Source: a virus
Taxonomy: Duplodnaviria; Heunggongvirae; Uroviricota; Caudoviricetes
Length of the DNA stretch: 64,000 nucleotides
Virus record (IMG/VR): IMGVR_UViG_3300027777_000022
Direction: 5' to 3' (one strand)
The stretch's first letter is position 1; each line of letters opens with the position of its first letter. The translations under genes and the position numbers were made by a program. The notes below the pieces were generated by a model. That model was not told the DNA's origin and did not search any database. It was given only the letters and a program-made list of their open reading frames with translations. This document shows, piece by piece, positions 26,164-35,160 of the stretch.

Positions 26164-27078
26164 CTACTTGGCTAGTCCAATTGCTATTTCTGTTGCAATA
26201 ACACGATCTAATGTTGTTTCAGATGGAAACTTTGTAGGAGTTTGCAGTATTGAAGTTACATATTTTTTAATAGGTTCAGTTTTGAATACATCAACCAATA
26301 CTTTCCGTGCAGATGCGCTTGTTCCTGGAGGTACTGCAACATATTGTTCCAGAACCAAATCTATCTCGGTGTTGTTTTGATCTTTGACTCGTACTACCGG
26401 AATGTTAACCAATTCGTTCTTGGCTGACTGCATAATTCCAATAGAATTGTCTTCTGCTATCAGTTGATAGCAGGCTGTGCTAATACCCAAATCAACATCG
26501 GATGTTTTTAGTGCAATTCTGATAGGTCCTGCGCCACTGTAGGGCACAAAAGTTGCTTTGAGTTTTGGATTTTGTTCTTGTAGCATTCGCAAATACTTTT
26601 TACCAATTTCGCCAGCAGCAGCAATTCTAACTGGAGTGCCAGAAGTTAGCAATTCGGTTGCAGTTGTTACCTTGGCTGTTTTTGAGGCCGAGGTACACAT
26701 CACCTGAGGGGTAGACGACACCGAAGTGATCAAAGTCAATTCAACCGGCCAAGAATCTTGTTTAGGACACACAGCTAATGCCTTGGATTTGTCTGACCAA
26801 ATTGTGTCTCCACTAGTCATCATTACAACAGGTACCGTTGAATCCTTGATGCGACTTACTATTTGTAATGCTGCTGCACAGGAATTGGTAAATTGCCTAG
26901 ATACTGTATGTCCGTTTTTTTCTAGTTCAGCCGCAGCGGCATCGGTGATCATACCGGTTGAACCTCCAGGGCTAGCAAATTGTACAAACGTGATATTCTC
27001 TGCGCTAATTGATGTAGAGCCAATGAGCAGTGCCAATGGCAAAATCAGATTGCGTAGTGTGGTGTAATAAGTTTTCAT
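26164..27078 (-). CDS. TctC/Bug-family periplasmic substrate-binding protein
   Basis: Signal peptide, then ITFVQFASPGGSTGMITDAAA ... ATFVPYSGAGPI ... VAVPPGTSASARKVL, matching the TctC pattern (GGxxD, VPYxG, AP-GTP). Confidence 0.5.
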   Translation of the reverse strand: MKTYYTTLRNLILPLALLIGSTSISAENITFVQFASPGGSTGMITDAAAAELEKNGHTVSRQFTNSCAAALQIVSRIKDSTVPVVMMTSGDTIWSDKSKALAVCPKQDSWPVELTLITSVSSTPQVMCTSASKTAKVTTATELLTSGTPVRIAAAGEIGKKYLRMLQEQNPKLKATFVPYSGAGPIRIALKTSDVDLGISTACYQLIAEDNSIGIMQSAKNELVNIPVVRVKDQNNTEIDLVLEQYVAVPPGTSASARKVLVDVFKTEPIKKYVTSILQTPTKFPSETTLDRVIATEIAIGLAK

Positions 27079-27146
27079 AAGTTTCCTATTGTTAATAATT
27101 CATTGATACATAATATGTATTGGTCACCCTGTGTGGTTCACACAGG

Positions 27147-28235
27147 TCAACGTACTTGTCGAAATTTACCAAATCGTCCGTGATACTTATCGATGGATCC
27201 ATCGGGTGGCAAAAGACTGTGTCTCTTCATGTAGCTTATTATAGTTTGATCTGTTTGCATTGCAAGTAATCCGGCAATATAAGACTTAAATCTATCATCT
27301 TTTGTGTAAAAATTATTGTCACTTTTGGTTAATATGCCTACTGTGTTGACAGGATTTTTTGAAAGCCAAGTTCGCTGCAAGTATGTCAATCCAGAAATTA
27401 ATTCAGAATCTCTTCCACATGCAGTTGCCATAAAATTAGCATTGGTTATATTTTGTTCTGCAAATCTCAGTGAGTTCCATCCTTCATAAATTGGATAATT
27501 TGAGTTAATCATACTGTTCACTACCATGTGAGTTTGTTTAACATGCAACTCGATCAAGTCGGGACTTATAAAAAACCATTCAAATGCATTATTATCTAAA
27601 TGAGCATACCCTGAGTATATTTTATCCAAATGTGTACTGAACCATTTGCCACCTGAATAGTACACATGAGGTTTTTCTACTCCTAGTATTGCTGCCCATG
27701 ACTGCCCCCGCCACCTCTCAGTCCTTTCAATAATTTTAGAATGATTTGCAAGGGGACTAGGGCTATATGTGATTGCTGGGTTGATGGTCCAATCATCATT
27801 CAATCCCTTATAAGTGTCAAAATTTTCATTTCTATGATATACTGTGATGATAGTCGTGGGATCCCAATGATTGTCTTTTAACCACTTGACATTCTGTGCA
27901 GGATGTCCATGTTCATCTTGGTCATGGTAGTATATGATAATTTCATCAATATGAAGGTTCAATCTTTTGAAAGTGTTGTAAATTGTAATAGAGTCAGTGC
28001 CACCGCTGAAAAATAATACTAATCTATCATACTTGTGCCTTAGTTGGGCAGCTCTGATGTTGCACAATTCAGCAAATGACTGTGAGGGTTCTATTAACCA
28101 ATTGACAGCATCAAATTCTTCTTCCAGCAACTCAAAGTTGACTATTGTGTGAGGGGTGTGAACTGCGGCATACGAAATAGCTTGAAATGCGTTTATAAAT
28201 TTGTTATGGTCAGTGGACCAAATTGGATTTTTCAT
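27147..28235 (-). CDS. PP-loop superfamily ATP pyrophosphatase (QueC/TilS/AsnB-like); specific function unresolved
   Basis: LVLFFSGGTDSITI (SGGxDS PP-loop); no QueC-type C-terminal Cys cluster. Confidence 0.5.
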   Translation of the reverse strand: MKNPIWSTDHNKFINAFQAISYAAVHTPHTIVNFELLEEEFDAVNWLIEPSQSFAELCNIRAAQLRHKYDRLVLFFSGGTDSITIYNTFKRLNLHIDEIIIYYHDQDEHGHPAQNVKWLKDNHWDPTTIITVYHRNENFDTYKGLNDDWTINPAITYSPSPLANHSKIIERTERWRGQSWAAILGVEKPHVYYSGGKWFSTHLDKIYSGYAHLDNNAFEWFFISPDLIELHVKQTHMVVNSMINSNYPIYEGWNSLRFAEQNITNANFMATACGRDSELISGLTYLQRTWLSKNPVNTVGILTKSDNNFYTKDDRFKSYIAGLLAMQTDQTIISYMKRHSLLPPDGSIDKYHGRFGKFRQVR

Positions 28236-28246
28236 GCTATATTTAA

Positions 28247-28465
28247 TCAGCGTCCCAAAGTTTCAATTCGTTTCAGCAAGGCCTGTGCTCCGCACAGTTG
28301 CGTATCCAGCGCATCAATGGCAGCCCGATAGTTTGCTGGAATGTGTTTGGTATGGTACATGCGCTGATGTGCCTGCCCGGCGATTTTGACAGAGCTCATG
28401 GACCATTCCAACAACTCTACCTCACGCTGGGCTTTTTCCAGCACTGACAATTCTTTATCAGACAT
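28247..28465 (-). CDS. hypothetical protein (72 aa)
   Basis: Short ORF in operon context. Confidence 0.3.
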   Translation of the reverse strand: MSDKELSVLEKAQREVELLEWSMSSVKIAGQAHQRMYHTKHIPANYRAAIDALDTQLCGAQALLKRIETLGR

Positions 28466-28466
28466 T

Positions 28467-28970
28467 TCATTCTCCTACTATTCTGCGGGCACGAGCCATC
28501 AATGTGGCGTCACCGCGGGTCAATACCGCCAACAACATGCGTTTCTCCGCCAAGTAGATCTTGGCAAAAGCAGGGTCATGTGTCATGATGCTGCCACTGT
28601 TGGCGATCAAGTCAGCCAATTTCACAGTTTGTGCAGCAGCAGGTGCCATTGCAATATGCTCACGGTCTCGGGCCTTGCGAACAGCTCTGTTGCCATCTTC
28701 TGGCTGGCTGACATCAGTTAACCAGCTGACTAAAGACGCAACTTCGTGTCCAAATTCACGAGTGATGTCCACAATGGTAACACCAGTGTCTTCCACTGTG
28801 TCATGCAACCAGGCAGCAGCCAACATCACGTCGGTGTGTGGCACACTGGCAACAATGTTGGCAACTTCGGTAGGATGCACAATGTACGGCTCAAAGGTGT
28901 ACTTGCGCACTTGCTTGACCGCAGCATGGGCAGCAGTGGCAAATACTCGGGCTCGTTCTACTATTGTCAT
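28467..28970 (-). CDS. HD-domain phosphohydrolase, RelA/SpoT (ppGpp hydrolase)-like
   Basis: HPTEVANIV...AAWLHDTVEDTGVT...FGHEVASLV matches the HD motif of SpoT/Mesh1 hydrolase domains. Confidence 0.55.
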   Translation of the reverse strand: MTIVERARVFATAAHAAVKQVRKYTFEPYIVHPTEVANIVASVPHTDVMLAAAWLHDTVEDTGVTIVDITREFGHEVASLVSWLTDVSQPEDGNRAVRKARDREHIAMAPAAAQTVKLADLIANSGSIMTHDPAFAKIYLAEKRMLLAVLTRGDATLMARARRIVGE

Positions 28971-28999
28971 TGTATGCTCCTATTTCTGTCTATGTGTAT

Positions 29000-29028
29000 A
29001 TTATAGCAGAACGGGCAATTCCGGTCAA
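29000..29028 (-). promoter_or_regulatory. sigma70 consensus promoter TTGACC-N17-TATAAT
   Basis: Minus strand: -35 TTGACC (plus 29023-29028), 17-nt spacer, -10 TATAAT (plus 29000-29005). Confidence 0.55.
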
Positions 29029-29031
29029 CCG

Positions 29032-29577
29032 TTAGTGATGCCCTTTGATTGCACCCTTCAAGCCAAGTCGAATTGCTTCGTCCATGGCAATGGCAATTGC
29101 ACCAGTAGAATCCATGCCCACATCCACAGCACGATACTTTTCTAAGCCACTTGTACCACCGTGCAAGTGACCGTGCAAGTGAACAGCGCCGTGATGCATC
29201 TGATCCCATTCTGCAATAGGATAGTGAAACATCACAACTTTGGTTTCGTTGAACTGCACATCCAGATACTTGTGGACTTCTCGAAAACATGCACGGAACA
29301 CATTATCCTGCAGGGTTTTGCGGTCGTGATTGCCTTCGATCAGGATCTTGGTGCCGTTGCAGCGATTCATGTATTCTGCTGCTTTGGCAGCTGGCAAGAA
29401 TGCCACGTCGCCCAGAATGTACACAGTGTCTTCAGGAGCAATCATGGCATTCCATTCGATCACCATTTGTTCGTTCATGTATGCAACGTCGTTGCGAAAC
29501 CGCGCCCGTGTTACAGGGCAAAAACTCATGATGTTCTTGTGCCCAAAATGTAAATCAGATGTTACCCAAGTTTTCAT
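29032..29577 (-). CDS. calcineurin-like metallophosphoesterase
   Basis: TSDLHFGH, ILGDVAF, GNHD and LHGHLHGG motifs; start moved to MKTWV (29577). Confidence 0.7.
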   Translation of the reverse strand: MKTWVTSDLHFGHKNIMSFCPVTRARFRNDVAYMNEQMVIEWNAMIAPEDTVYILGDVAFLPAAKAAEYMNRCNGTKILIEGNHDRKTLQDNVFRACFREVHKYLDVQFNETKVVMFHYPIAEWDQMHHGAVHLHGHLHGGTSGLEKYRAVDVGMDSTGAIAIAMDEAIRLGLKGAIKGHH

Positions 29578-29578
29578 A

Positions 29579-29830
29579 TTATTTCTTCTTTGTTCTTCCA
29601 ATTCGTGATGCCTTGTTCCAGGTGTATGCCACACCATCCGGAGTCCGGCCATCCATCACACTATCCACACCAGGTTTGCCCACATGGTCAGGATCTTCAG
29701 ATACCATGGTAACAAAGATCATGCCCAGCTTGCGAAAGGCCTCGGTATACTTCAATGCTTCGTTCAATGTAACGGCATTGTGTGCATGTGACCAATCAGT
29801 TACAGGATCTGTGTAATATATTTTAAACAT
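29579..29830 (-). CDS. hypothetical protein (83 aa)
   Basis: ORF directly downstream of promoter 29836-29864; predicted transcription start at or near the ATG, so possibly leaderless. Confidence 0.4.
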   Translation of the reverse strand: MFKIYYTDPVTDWSHAHNAVTLNEALKYTEAFRKLGMIFVTMVSEDPDHVGKPGVDSVMDGRTPDGVAYTWNKASRIGRTKKK

Positions 29831-29835
29831 GATTC

Positions 29836-29864
29836 ATTATACTGCATGGACCATGAGTAGTCAA
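29836..29864 (-). promoter_or_regulatory. sigma70 consensus promoter TTGACT-N17-TATAAT
   Basis: Minus strand: -35 TTGACT (plus 29859-29864), 17-nt spacer, -10 TATAAT (plus 29836-29841). Confidence 0.55.
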
Positions 29865-29885
29865 CCTGGTGTGGCAGAATTACAA

Positions 29886-30010
29886 CTATACCAAAAGTTC
29901 TTGATATTCTTCTTGACCACAGCCGCATTCAGGGCATGTGAAACCATCGGGCAACAAGTCCCAAGCGCCTTCAGTAGCTTCATCGTGGACATGGCCACAT
30001 ACTACACAAA
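29886..30010 (-). CDS. rubredoxin-like zinc-ribbon mini-protein (about 41 aa)
   Basis: Not in the ORF track. Translation MKHVCVVCGHVHDEATEGAWDLLPDGFTCPECGCGQEEYQELLV has two CxxCG knuckles. ATG overlaps the rubrerythrin stop. Confidence 0.4.
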
Positions 30011-30019
30011 CATGTTTCA

Positions 30020-30469
30020 TTACAGGTTCTCCAGTTGTTGTTGATATGCTGCTGCATGACGCTGTTCAATCTTGGTCAGTGCTGCAAACCGTTTTTCAGC
30101 CTTGGCCAGCACCGCAGCAAATTGCTCTGCATGCTGTTTCGATTCTGCAATCTGACTATCAGCTTCGATCACAGCACGAGCATTGTGCTCATGTTCAGCT
30201 GCTCTGCGGAATTCTGGATACATGGTTTCAAACTCGTAAGTTTCTCCTTCAATGGCCCGGACCAGGCACTCCCGGGTTGAGGGCTTGCCGATCAGCAGTT
30301 CTAAGTGTGCCCAGGCATGCAACAATTCTTGATCAGCTGTGTGTTCAAAGTGCTGTGCCACTTGTTCGTGGCCTTCGGCACGAGCAATTTTTGCAAAGTA
30401 ACGATACTTGATGTGTGCTTGGCTTTCTCCAGACAATGCACTTTCTAAGTTTTTGATTGTGAGTGACAT
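30020..30469 (-). CDS. rubrerythrin / ferritin-like diiron protein
   Basis: Paired E-x-x-H motifs (AEGHEQVAQHFEH ... EFRRAAEHEHNARA). Start set to MSLTIKN, which has AAGGAG 7 nt upstream. Confidence 0.55.
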   Translation of the reverse strand: MSLTIKNLESALSGESQAHIKYRYFAKIARAEGHEQVAQHFEHTADQELLHAWAHLELLIGKPSTRECLVRAIEGETYEFETMYPEFRRAAEHEHNARAVIEADSQIAESKQHAEQFAAVLAKAEKRFAALTKIEQRHAAAYQQQLENL

Positions 30470-30547
30470 GTTTTCTCCTTGGTTGTCAAGTGTAAGTATA
30501 TAGCGTTTGCAACCTATGTGTCGATGTATTTTCATAGGATTTTGCTA

Positions 30548-30937
30548 TTAAAATTTTATATCCTCATCATAGGGTTCTACTGTCCACCCGATAGAAAATA
30601 AATCTTGACGGATCTCATCTGTGACGGTACTTTCGCTTACGTAGTGTTTTGTGCTAAACACATCATCATTTCCCAACCCGCTAGCAATACCGCTACAGTA
30701 CCAGTCCATGTAGTCGCCCTTGTTCCGCAAGCGGGCAATGATACCACCAGCATAGCGCCAACTGCATGACCATGTTAGATCTGCAAGTCTAGGCCACACA
30801 TCGTTTTTTTGGAAAACATTGTTGCACATGGCCGCATAGAGATTCTGTGCGTATGTATCGCCATCAATTACTTTTGTTACTATCCATTCACATGCAACAA
30901 TATCTTCTTCAAGATTATTGTCCGGATCGTCTCTCAT
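30548..30937 (-). CDS. hypothetical protein (129 aa)
   Basis: ORF, no motif. Confidence 0.45.
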   Translation of the reverse strand: MRDDPDNNLEEDIVACEWIVTKVIDGDTYAQNLYAAMCNNVFQKNDVWPRLADLTWSCSWRYAGGIIARLRNKGDYMDWYCSGIASGLGNDDVFSTKHYVSESTVTDEIRQDLFSIGWTVEPYDEDIKF

Positions 30938-31137
30938 TGCAAGATACGTGGCTCATCAAGAAGACCAGCTTGCACATGGTCTGGGAGATCCGCAACATCA
31001 ACTGGTCTGCTTTGTGCAGCAAGTTCTTCGGGGGTCATGGATTCAAACATTTCTTCAAGTTCTGCTATCAAAGCATCCAATTCTTCCTGGGTGCCGTCGA
31101 AGTCATCAAACGCTCCGGGTGCAAATTGTACTTTCAT
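30934..31137 (-). CDS. hypothetical acidic protein (67 aa)
   Basis: Short ORF; stop/start overlap with downstream gene. Confidence 0.35.
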   Translation of the reverse strand: MKVQFAPGAFDDFDGTQEELDALIAELEEMFESMTPEELAAQSRPVDVADLPDHVQAGLLDEPRILQ

Positions 31138-31309
31138 AATGTATCCTTGTGATAAATTGGTGGGATGTTTTGTTGGACCCTCCGGACTCGAACCGGAACC
31201 TTACAAATTATGAGTTTGCGGCACTAACCATTATGCTAGAGTCCAACAAAACACCCTTTCCTATATTGTGTGTGTGGATGCTGTCAACTTTCATAATATT
31301 ACTTATCAG

Positions 31310-31588
31310 CTACTGCTGTTCTTTGTTCAACGTAGCTTCCAGCTGTCGAATCAATTGACGCACCGAGTCAGGCCCCATGGTCAATGTAGTTGTGCCGTAA
31401 TTGATCTTTAGTACCAGCTGTGTGTTACCTGCTTGATTCAGTCCAACTGTATACAAAGCATCTGCGTTCTTATCAATAACAGGAGTTGATACTGCCTGGG
31501 TTTCATCAACCGGACATGTACCAGCATCATTGATATCTTGATCAACCTTGTTGGCAATTTGCCGTTTACGCCATCCAAACATATCCAA
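31310..31588 (-). CDS. hypothetical protein (92 aa)
   Basis: ORF, no motif. Confidence 0.4.
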   Translation of the reverse strand: MDMFGWRKRQIANKVDQDINDAGTCPVDETQAVSTPVIDKNADALYTVGLNQAGNTQLVLKINYGTTTLTMGPDSVRQLIRQLEATLNKEQQ

Positions 31589-31600
31589 CTCCTATTGTGA

Positions 31601-32398
31601 TTACTTAGGCATCATTAGTGCGTTGAAGTTACTTGGAACAACAATGGTCTGAACTTTGCCAGTCTTGATACCTTCGGAAATATTCAACATGGCCTGAGCT
31701 TGCATGAATGCAATTGAGCTGCCGCTGTTGTTGGCCAGTGCTGCCATACGACGGGATTCAGCTTCAGCAGTCTTGACTTCAATTTCCTTCTGCTTTAGCT
31801 CGTTCTTGGATTTAACCAATTCATTAGCACTTGCCACAACCGAATCTGCCGGAACAATGTTACGAATCAACACTTGACTGATGGTGATGCTACCATCCAA
31901 CTTTTCTTCGGTAAGGTTGCGAATGATCTCTTCCTTGATAAAGTTTTCCATATCGCTACGGGCATCTGCCATATCCAGAGCCTCATGCTTACGAGCAGCC
32001 TTGTAGATGGCGTTACGAGCGTTCTGCACAATGTAGTTGTACATCACGTATGTGTCGCCCTTGAACTCGGCGTGGAAGCTCTTGTTCTTGGTTGAATACA
32101 ATTCACTTACTTGCTGGGGATTGATGTTGTAAACAACCACGGCGTCAAAATCTTTCATGGTTGAGTTGTCTTTGGCAACAGGAGTCATGTCGTTAAGTGA
32201 TACATTAACGTCCTTGACTGGAAAGGTTAGAACTTCCCCAATGATTGATTGGTTGAAACTACCAGGCAACAGTTCGCCGCTTTGAACTTGCTTATCAAAT
32301 CCAATTCGTACACCCACTTCACCAGTTTCAATACGAGTACATGCAGATGTTAGTGCAACTGCGGCGGCAATAAAAGAAAGTTTAATAACACGATTCAT
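31601..32398 (-). CDS. SPFH/Band-7 (prohibitin/HflK-like) domain lipoprotein
   Basis: Lipoprotein signal ...ALTSAC, SPFH-like core and C-terminal coiled coil (KNELKQKEIEVKTAEAESRR). Confidence 0.55.
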   Translation of the reverse strand: MNRVIKLSFIAAAVALTSACTRIETGEVGVRIGFDKQVQSGELLPGSFNQSIIGEVLTFPVKDVNVSLNDMTPVAKDNSTMKDFDAVVVYNINPQQVSELYSTKNKSFHAEFKGDTYVMYNYIVQNARNAIYKAARKHEALDMADARSDMENFIKEEIIRNLTEEKLDGSITISQVLIRNIVPADSVVASANELVKSKNELKQKEIEVKTAEAESRRMAALANNSGSSIAFMQAQAMLNISEGIKTGKVQTIVVPSNFNALMMPK

Positions 32399-32493
32399 TT
32401 AGATAAATCCAGTGGAAAAAAGATAAAAACACATAACAAAACCCAACACGAAATACAAAGGCCTAAGCCAACGATCATTAATCATACAACACC

Positions 32494-32676
32494 TTAGAAT
32501 AAAATCACAAGCACTGTCATCAACATCACTGCTGCCAGTGATACAAGTATACTATACCCTATGCTTTTTGTCAAGGCCAATTGTTCCAAGCCGTTCATAT
32601 TTCTCAAAGCAGTAATGCCAAAGTGTATCAAACCGGCAAGGATAGCAAACGCAACCCAAAGTTTAATCATATTCAT
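32494..32676 (-). CDS. small membrane protein (60 aa)
   Basis: Two hydrophobic helices; promoter 32695-32723 immediately upstream. Confidence 0.35.
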   Translation of the reverse strand: MNMIKLWVAFAILAGLIHFGITALRNMNGLEQLALTKSIGYSILVSLAAVMLMTVLVILF

Positions 32677-32694
32677 CCTTTGTTAAAAAAACAT

Positions 32695-32723
32695 ACTATA
32701 GCATTGTTACAAATAGCCGTCAA
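32695..32723 (-). promoter_or_regulatory. sigma70-like promoter TTGACG-N17-TATAGT
   Basis: Minus strand: -35 TTGACG (plus 32718-32723), 17-nt spacer, -10 TATAGT (plus 32695-32700). Confidence 0.45.
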
Positions 32724-32858
32724 CCTCTGCTAATGCAGCAGTTTCTGCCACAGCATACACCAAATCCACTGACACTTTCAGCATACCAGCAACGGTCACT
32801 GGTCGGTATCCTTGCTCCAACAGAGATTCAATCTCTGCAATTATTTCTTTCATCTTGC

Positions 32859-33770
32859 TCATTTGTTGTCCTTTTTGTCGGGTAGTAAAAATTCTCGTAC
32901 TCTTGGTAATTCAAACAGCATGGCAGGCAGTTGATCCACAGGAAACCGTTTCAAAATTGACTCTGGTTCCCAGGACAAACTTTCACCTTCGACAAATTTG
33001 AATCCTCGGCTTTTATGCAGTTGATGTCCTTTATTTGGTGCATGTGCATATGATGCACTTTTGGTTTGATTCCTTGCATCTCCGCCCATCCAACTGAAAT
33101 GCCATCCAAACTCATCAAATATGTTTCCATCTATGGTGGGAGTAATTATCTGTGCAGGCACATGATATTTGCAACGAATACGATGCGGAGTTGATTGGCT
33201 GATAATGGATTTTTTACAAATACTCATAGCGGTACGCCAAACAAATGGCCACCCTGCACGAGCATATGGTCGCAGGTCGGCCCTACCATACAGATTGATC
33301 AAGGGCAATTTTACCACACAATCAGGATGGTTGCGAGCTATATTCAACGCAAATCCAATATGGTCTGGATTGATAATCTCATCACAGTCACTCATCAAGA
33401 TCCAGTCATTATCATCGAACATGTAAAGTACCTTCTGCAATGCATTGCGTTGAATGCGATCTCTGGCCACAGCTTTGATAGATTCTATATCTGCACGATC
33501 CTCAGGGAACTGTGCATTAAAGTCATGCTCTTCTAATTTTAAATCAAGATCATCAGCCATTTGCACTTCGACCACAGTGATTTTTTCTGCAGGAAGTCCC
33601 AGCTCTTTAATCAAGTTTTTCAACTGATACTGTCTAGGAATAGCAGTGTGTGTCATATTGGATTCTGAAATCACAAAATGATCCACATGATCTTTCAGTA
33701 AATTGATCCTGAATTCCAACAACTCACGCTCGTTGAAATAGGGAAAATAATCAATAAGTTGATTGGTCAT
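32859..33770 (-). CDS. glycosyltransferase family 17-like
   Basis: YFPYFNERELLEFRINLLKDHVDHFVISES fits the GT17 N-terminal signature (F-N-E-ldlLe-Rl..l...VD-FvivEs). Confidence 0.4.
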   Translation of the reverse strand: MTNQLIDYFPYFNERELLEFRINLLKDHVDHFVISESNMTHTAIPRQYQLKNLIKELGLPAEKITVVEVQMADDLDLKLEEHDFNAQFPEDRADIESIKAVARDRIQRNALQKVLYMFDDNDWILMSDCDEIINPDHIGFALNIARNHPDCVVKLPLINLYGRADLRPYARAGWPFVWRTAMSICKKSIISQSTPHRIRCKYHVPAQIITPTIDGNIFDEFGWHFSWMGGDARNQTKSASYAHAPNKGHQLHKSRGFKFVEGESLSWEPESILKRFPVDQLPAMLFELPRVREFLLPDKKDNK

Positions 33771-33785
33771 TGTTGGGGTCTTTCG

Positions 33786-34250
33786 TCAACCGGCATTCCA
33801 CACCTCTGTGTATCCTTCTTCCACAGTTGGTTCTTCCCAACCTGCGATCATACCACGCATGACATGATCAGGAATGTTCTTGCCCGGCCGGCTGGCCAGT
33901 CGACGAGCCAATTCTTCTGGTTCAGGAGTCTTAAACACCACAGCAATATGTTCGTAGTTGGGCAACATGCGGAACTTCTTCTTGCGGCTTTTGACTGTGG
34001 TCGAGGTCTGATCCCAGATCACAGTATGTCCGTGCTCACGTGCAAATACAACTTGTTCAGTCATCAAGTCCACAGCCGTGGGCATGTATTCCTTGAACAC
34101 TTCGTTGTAGGTTTTACCTTGTTTATGGGCATACGCTTCAACAAAATTGTCCGTAGAAACTATAGTCAACCCCAACGCCCAGTCTTGATCTCGAATCCAG
34201 GTGCTTTTGCCTGCGCCCGGCACTCCTACTAATACGTAAACTTTTGGCAC
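33786..34250 (-). CDS. P-loop polynucleotide kinase-like protein (T4 Pnk kinase-domain-like, no phosphatase domain)
   Basis: GVPGAGKSTWIRD Walker A; VIWDQTSTT and RPGKNIPDHVMRGM parallel the T4 Pnk kinase domain. Confidence 0.5.
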   Translation of the reverse strand: MPKVYVLVGVPGAGKSTWIRDQDWALGLTIVSTDNFVEAYAHKQGKTYNEVFKEYMPTAVDLMTEQVVFAREHGHTVIWDQTSTTVKSRKKKFRMLPNYEHIAVVFKTPEPEELARRLASRPGKNIPDHVMRGMIAGWEEPTVEEGYTEVWNAG

Positions 34251-34359
34251 TATTTCTCTACAATTCGATAATCACTCTTGGGATAGCGTTGTTGCAACCA
34301 TTCAATAAGACCTGGTTCCCAAGGCAGTTTGACTGATTCATAACGATTGGTAATGTATT

Positions 34360-34554
34360 TCATTCTTCAACTCCGAAATGTTTCAACAAAAATTCTAAAT
34401 CGGGATGACCATTATGAAACGCTTTATCAATACATTCCCTCACAATCAACTCGGCGAACTTTTCTAATTCATCTGTGTAGAATTGATATACGCAAAGGTT
34501 CTGTTTGTGTGTAGATCCAGCCTGTTCAGCAAGTTTTCGAATTCGTTCGTTCAT
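34360..34554 (-). CDS. small protein, member of a 3-gene paralog family
   Basis: Shares ...FAELIVRECIDKA...HFGVEE with the adjacent gene. Confidence 0.4.
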   Translation of the reverse strand: MNERIRKLAEQAGSTHKQNLCVYQFYTDELEKFAELIVRECIDKAFHNGHPDLEFLLKHFGVEE

Positions 34555-34745
34555 TCTTCAACTCCGAAATGTTCTCTAATCTCTTCGTAAATGTCCAATG
34601 CATCATGGTCGGCGGCAACATTGGCACATTCCCGCACAATTAACTGGGCAAACCGTTCAACATTAAGCCAATCTTCAAGTTCATACTGTGCTTGCCCATC
34701 CCAACAGGCTTTGTTGAGAAATTTTTGTATTAGTTCTTTGTTCAT
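34551..34745 (-). CDS. small protein, member of a 3-gene paralog family
   Basis: FAQLIVRECANVA...REHFGVEE; tandem duplicate of 34360..34554. Confidence 0.4.
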   Translation of the reverse strand: MNKELIQKFLNKACWDGQAQYELEDWLNVERFAQLIVRECANVAADHDALDIYEEIREHFGVEE

Positions 34746-34960
34746 TCTACATGTCCTAGCGTTTGAGGGCTGTGATCCAATCGATCCATGTTATCACCGT
34801 GATAGAAGAATGCGTCTGGATCCGTTATTGTAACACACAAATCGCTATGGGTCAAGTCATAGTCCACAAAGTCTGTGCCATTGTACACACGGAAAAAATA
34901 CTTGCCCTCAAAGGAACGAAGAAGGTGGCCTTTGACTCCATCTGCTGACGTTGGTTTCAT
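34742..34960 (-). CDS. hypothetical protein (72 aa)
   Basis: ORF in operon context. Confidence 0.35.
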   Translation of the reverse strand: MKPTSADGVKGHLLRSFEGKYFFRVYNGTDFVDYDLTHSDLCVTITDPDAFFYHGDNMDRLDHSPQTLGHVE

Positions 34961-35160
34961 TCTTGTCTCCTGTACAAGGCATCGCCTAGTTCTTGCTCCA
35001 GGCGGTCGATACGGTATTCATACCGATCAGTGATCCGAGCCACTTCATCTTCTGCACTTGAAAGTTCTTCTTGTAGATAGGTGATTTGTCCACGCAACCG
35101 AATAATCTCTTGTTCAAGCTCAAATATCTTTTCTCGTCGTGGATCTTCATCCTCGTTCAT
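34957..35160 (-). CDS. hypothetical coiled-coil protein (67 aa)
   Basis: ORF in operon context. Confidence 0.35.
   Translation of the reverse strand: MNEDEDPRREKIFELEQEIIRLRGQITYLQEELSSAEDEVARITDRYEYRIDRLEQELGDALYRRQE

Noticed and set aside
27147-28235. Calling the PP-loop protein QueC outright
   Set aside because: The SGGxDS motif is shared by QueC, TilS, AsnB and PAPS-reductase families. The protein is about 130 aa longer than QueC and lacks the C-terminal zinc-binding cysteines, so I annotate only to superfamily level.
28149-29290. Overlapping ORFs 28561..29145(+), 28746..29006(+), 28386..28721(+) and 28967..29290(-)
   Set aside because: All overlap the well-supported HD-domain and metallophosphoesterase genes on the minus strand, in other frames. 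They are Cys/Ser-rich shadow ORFs.
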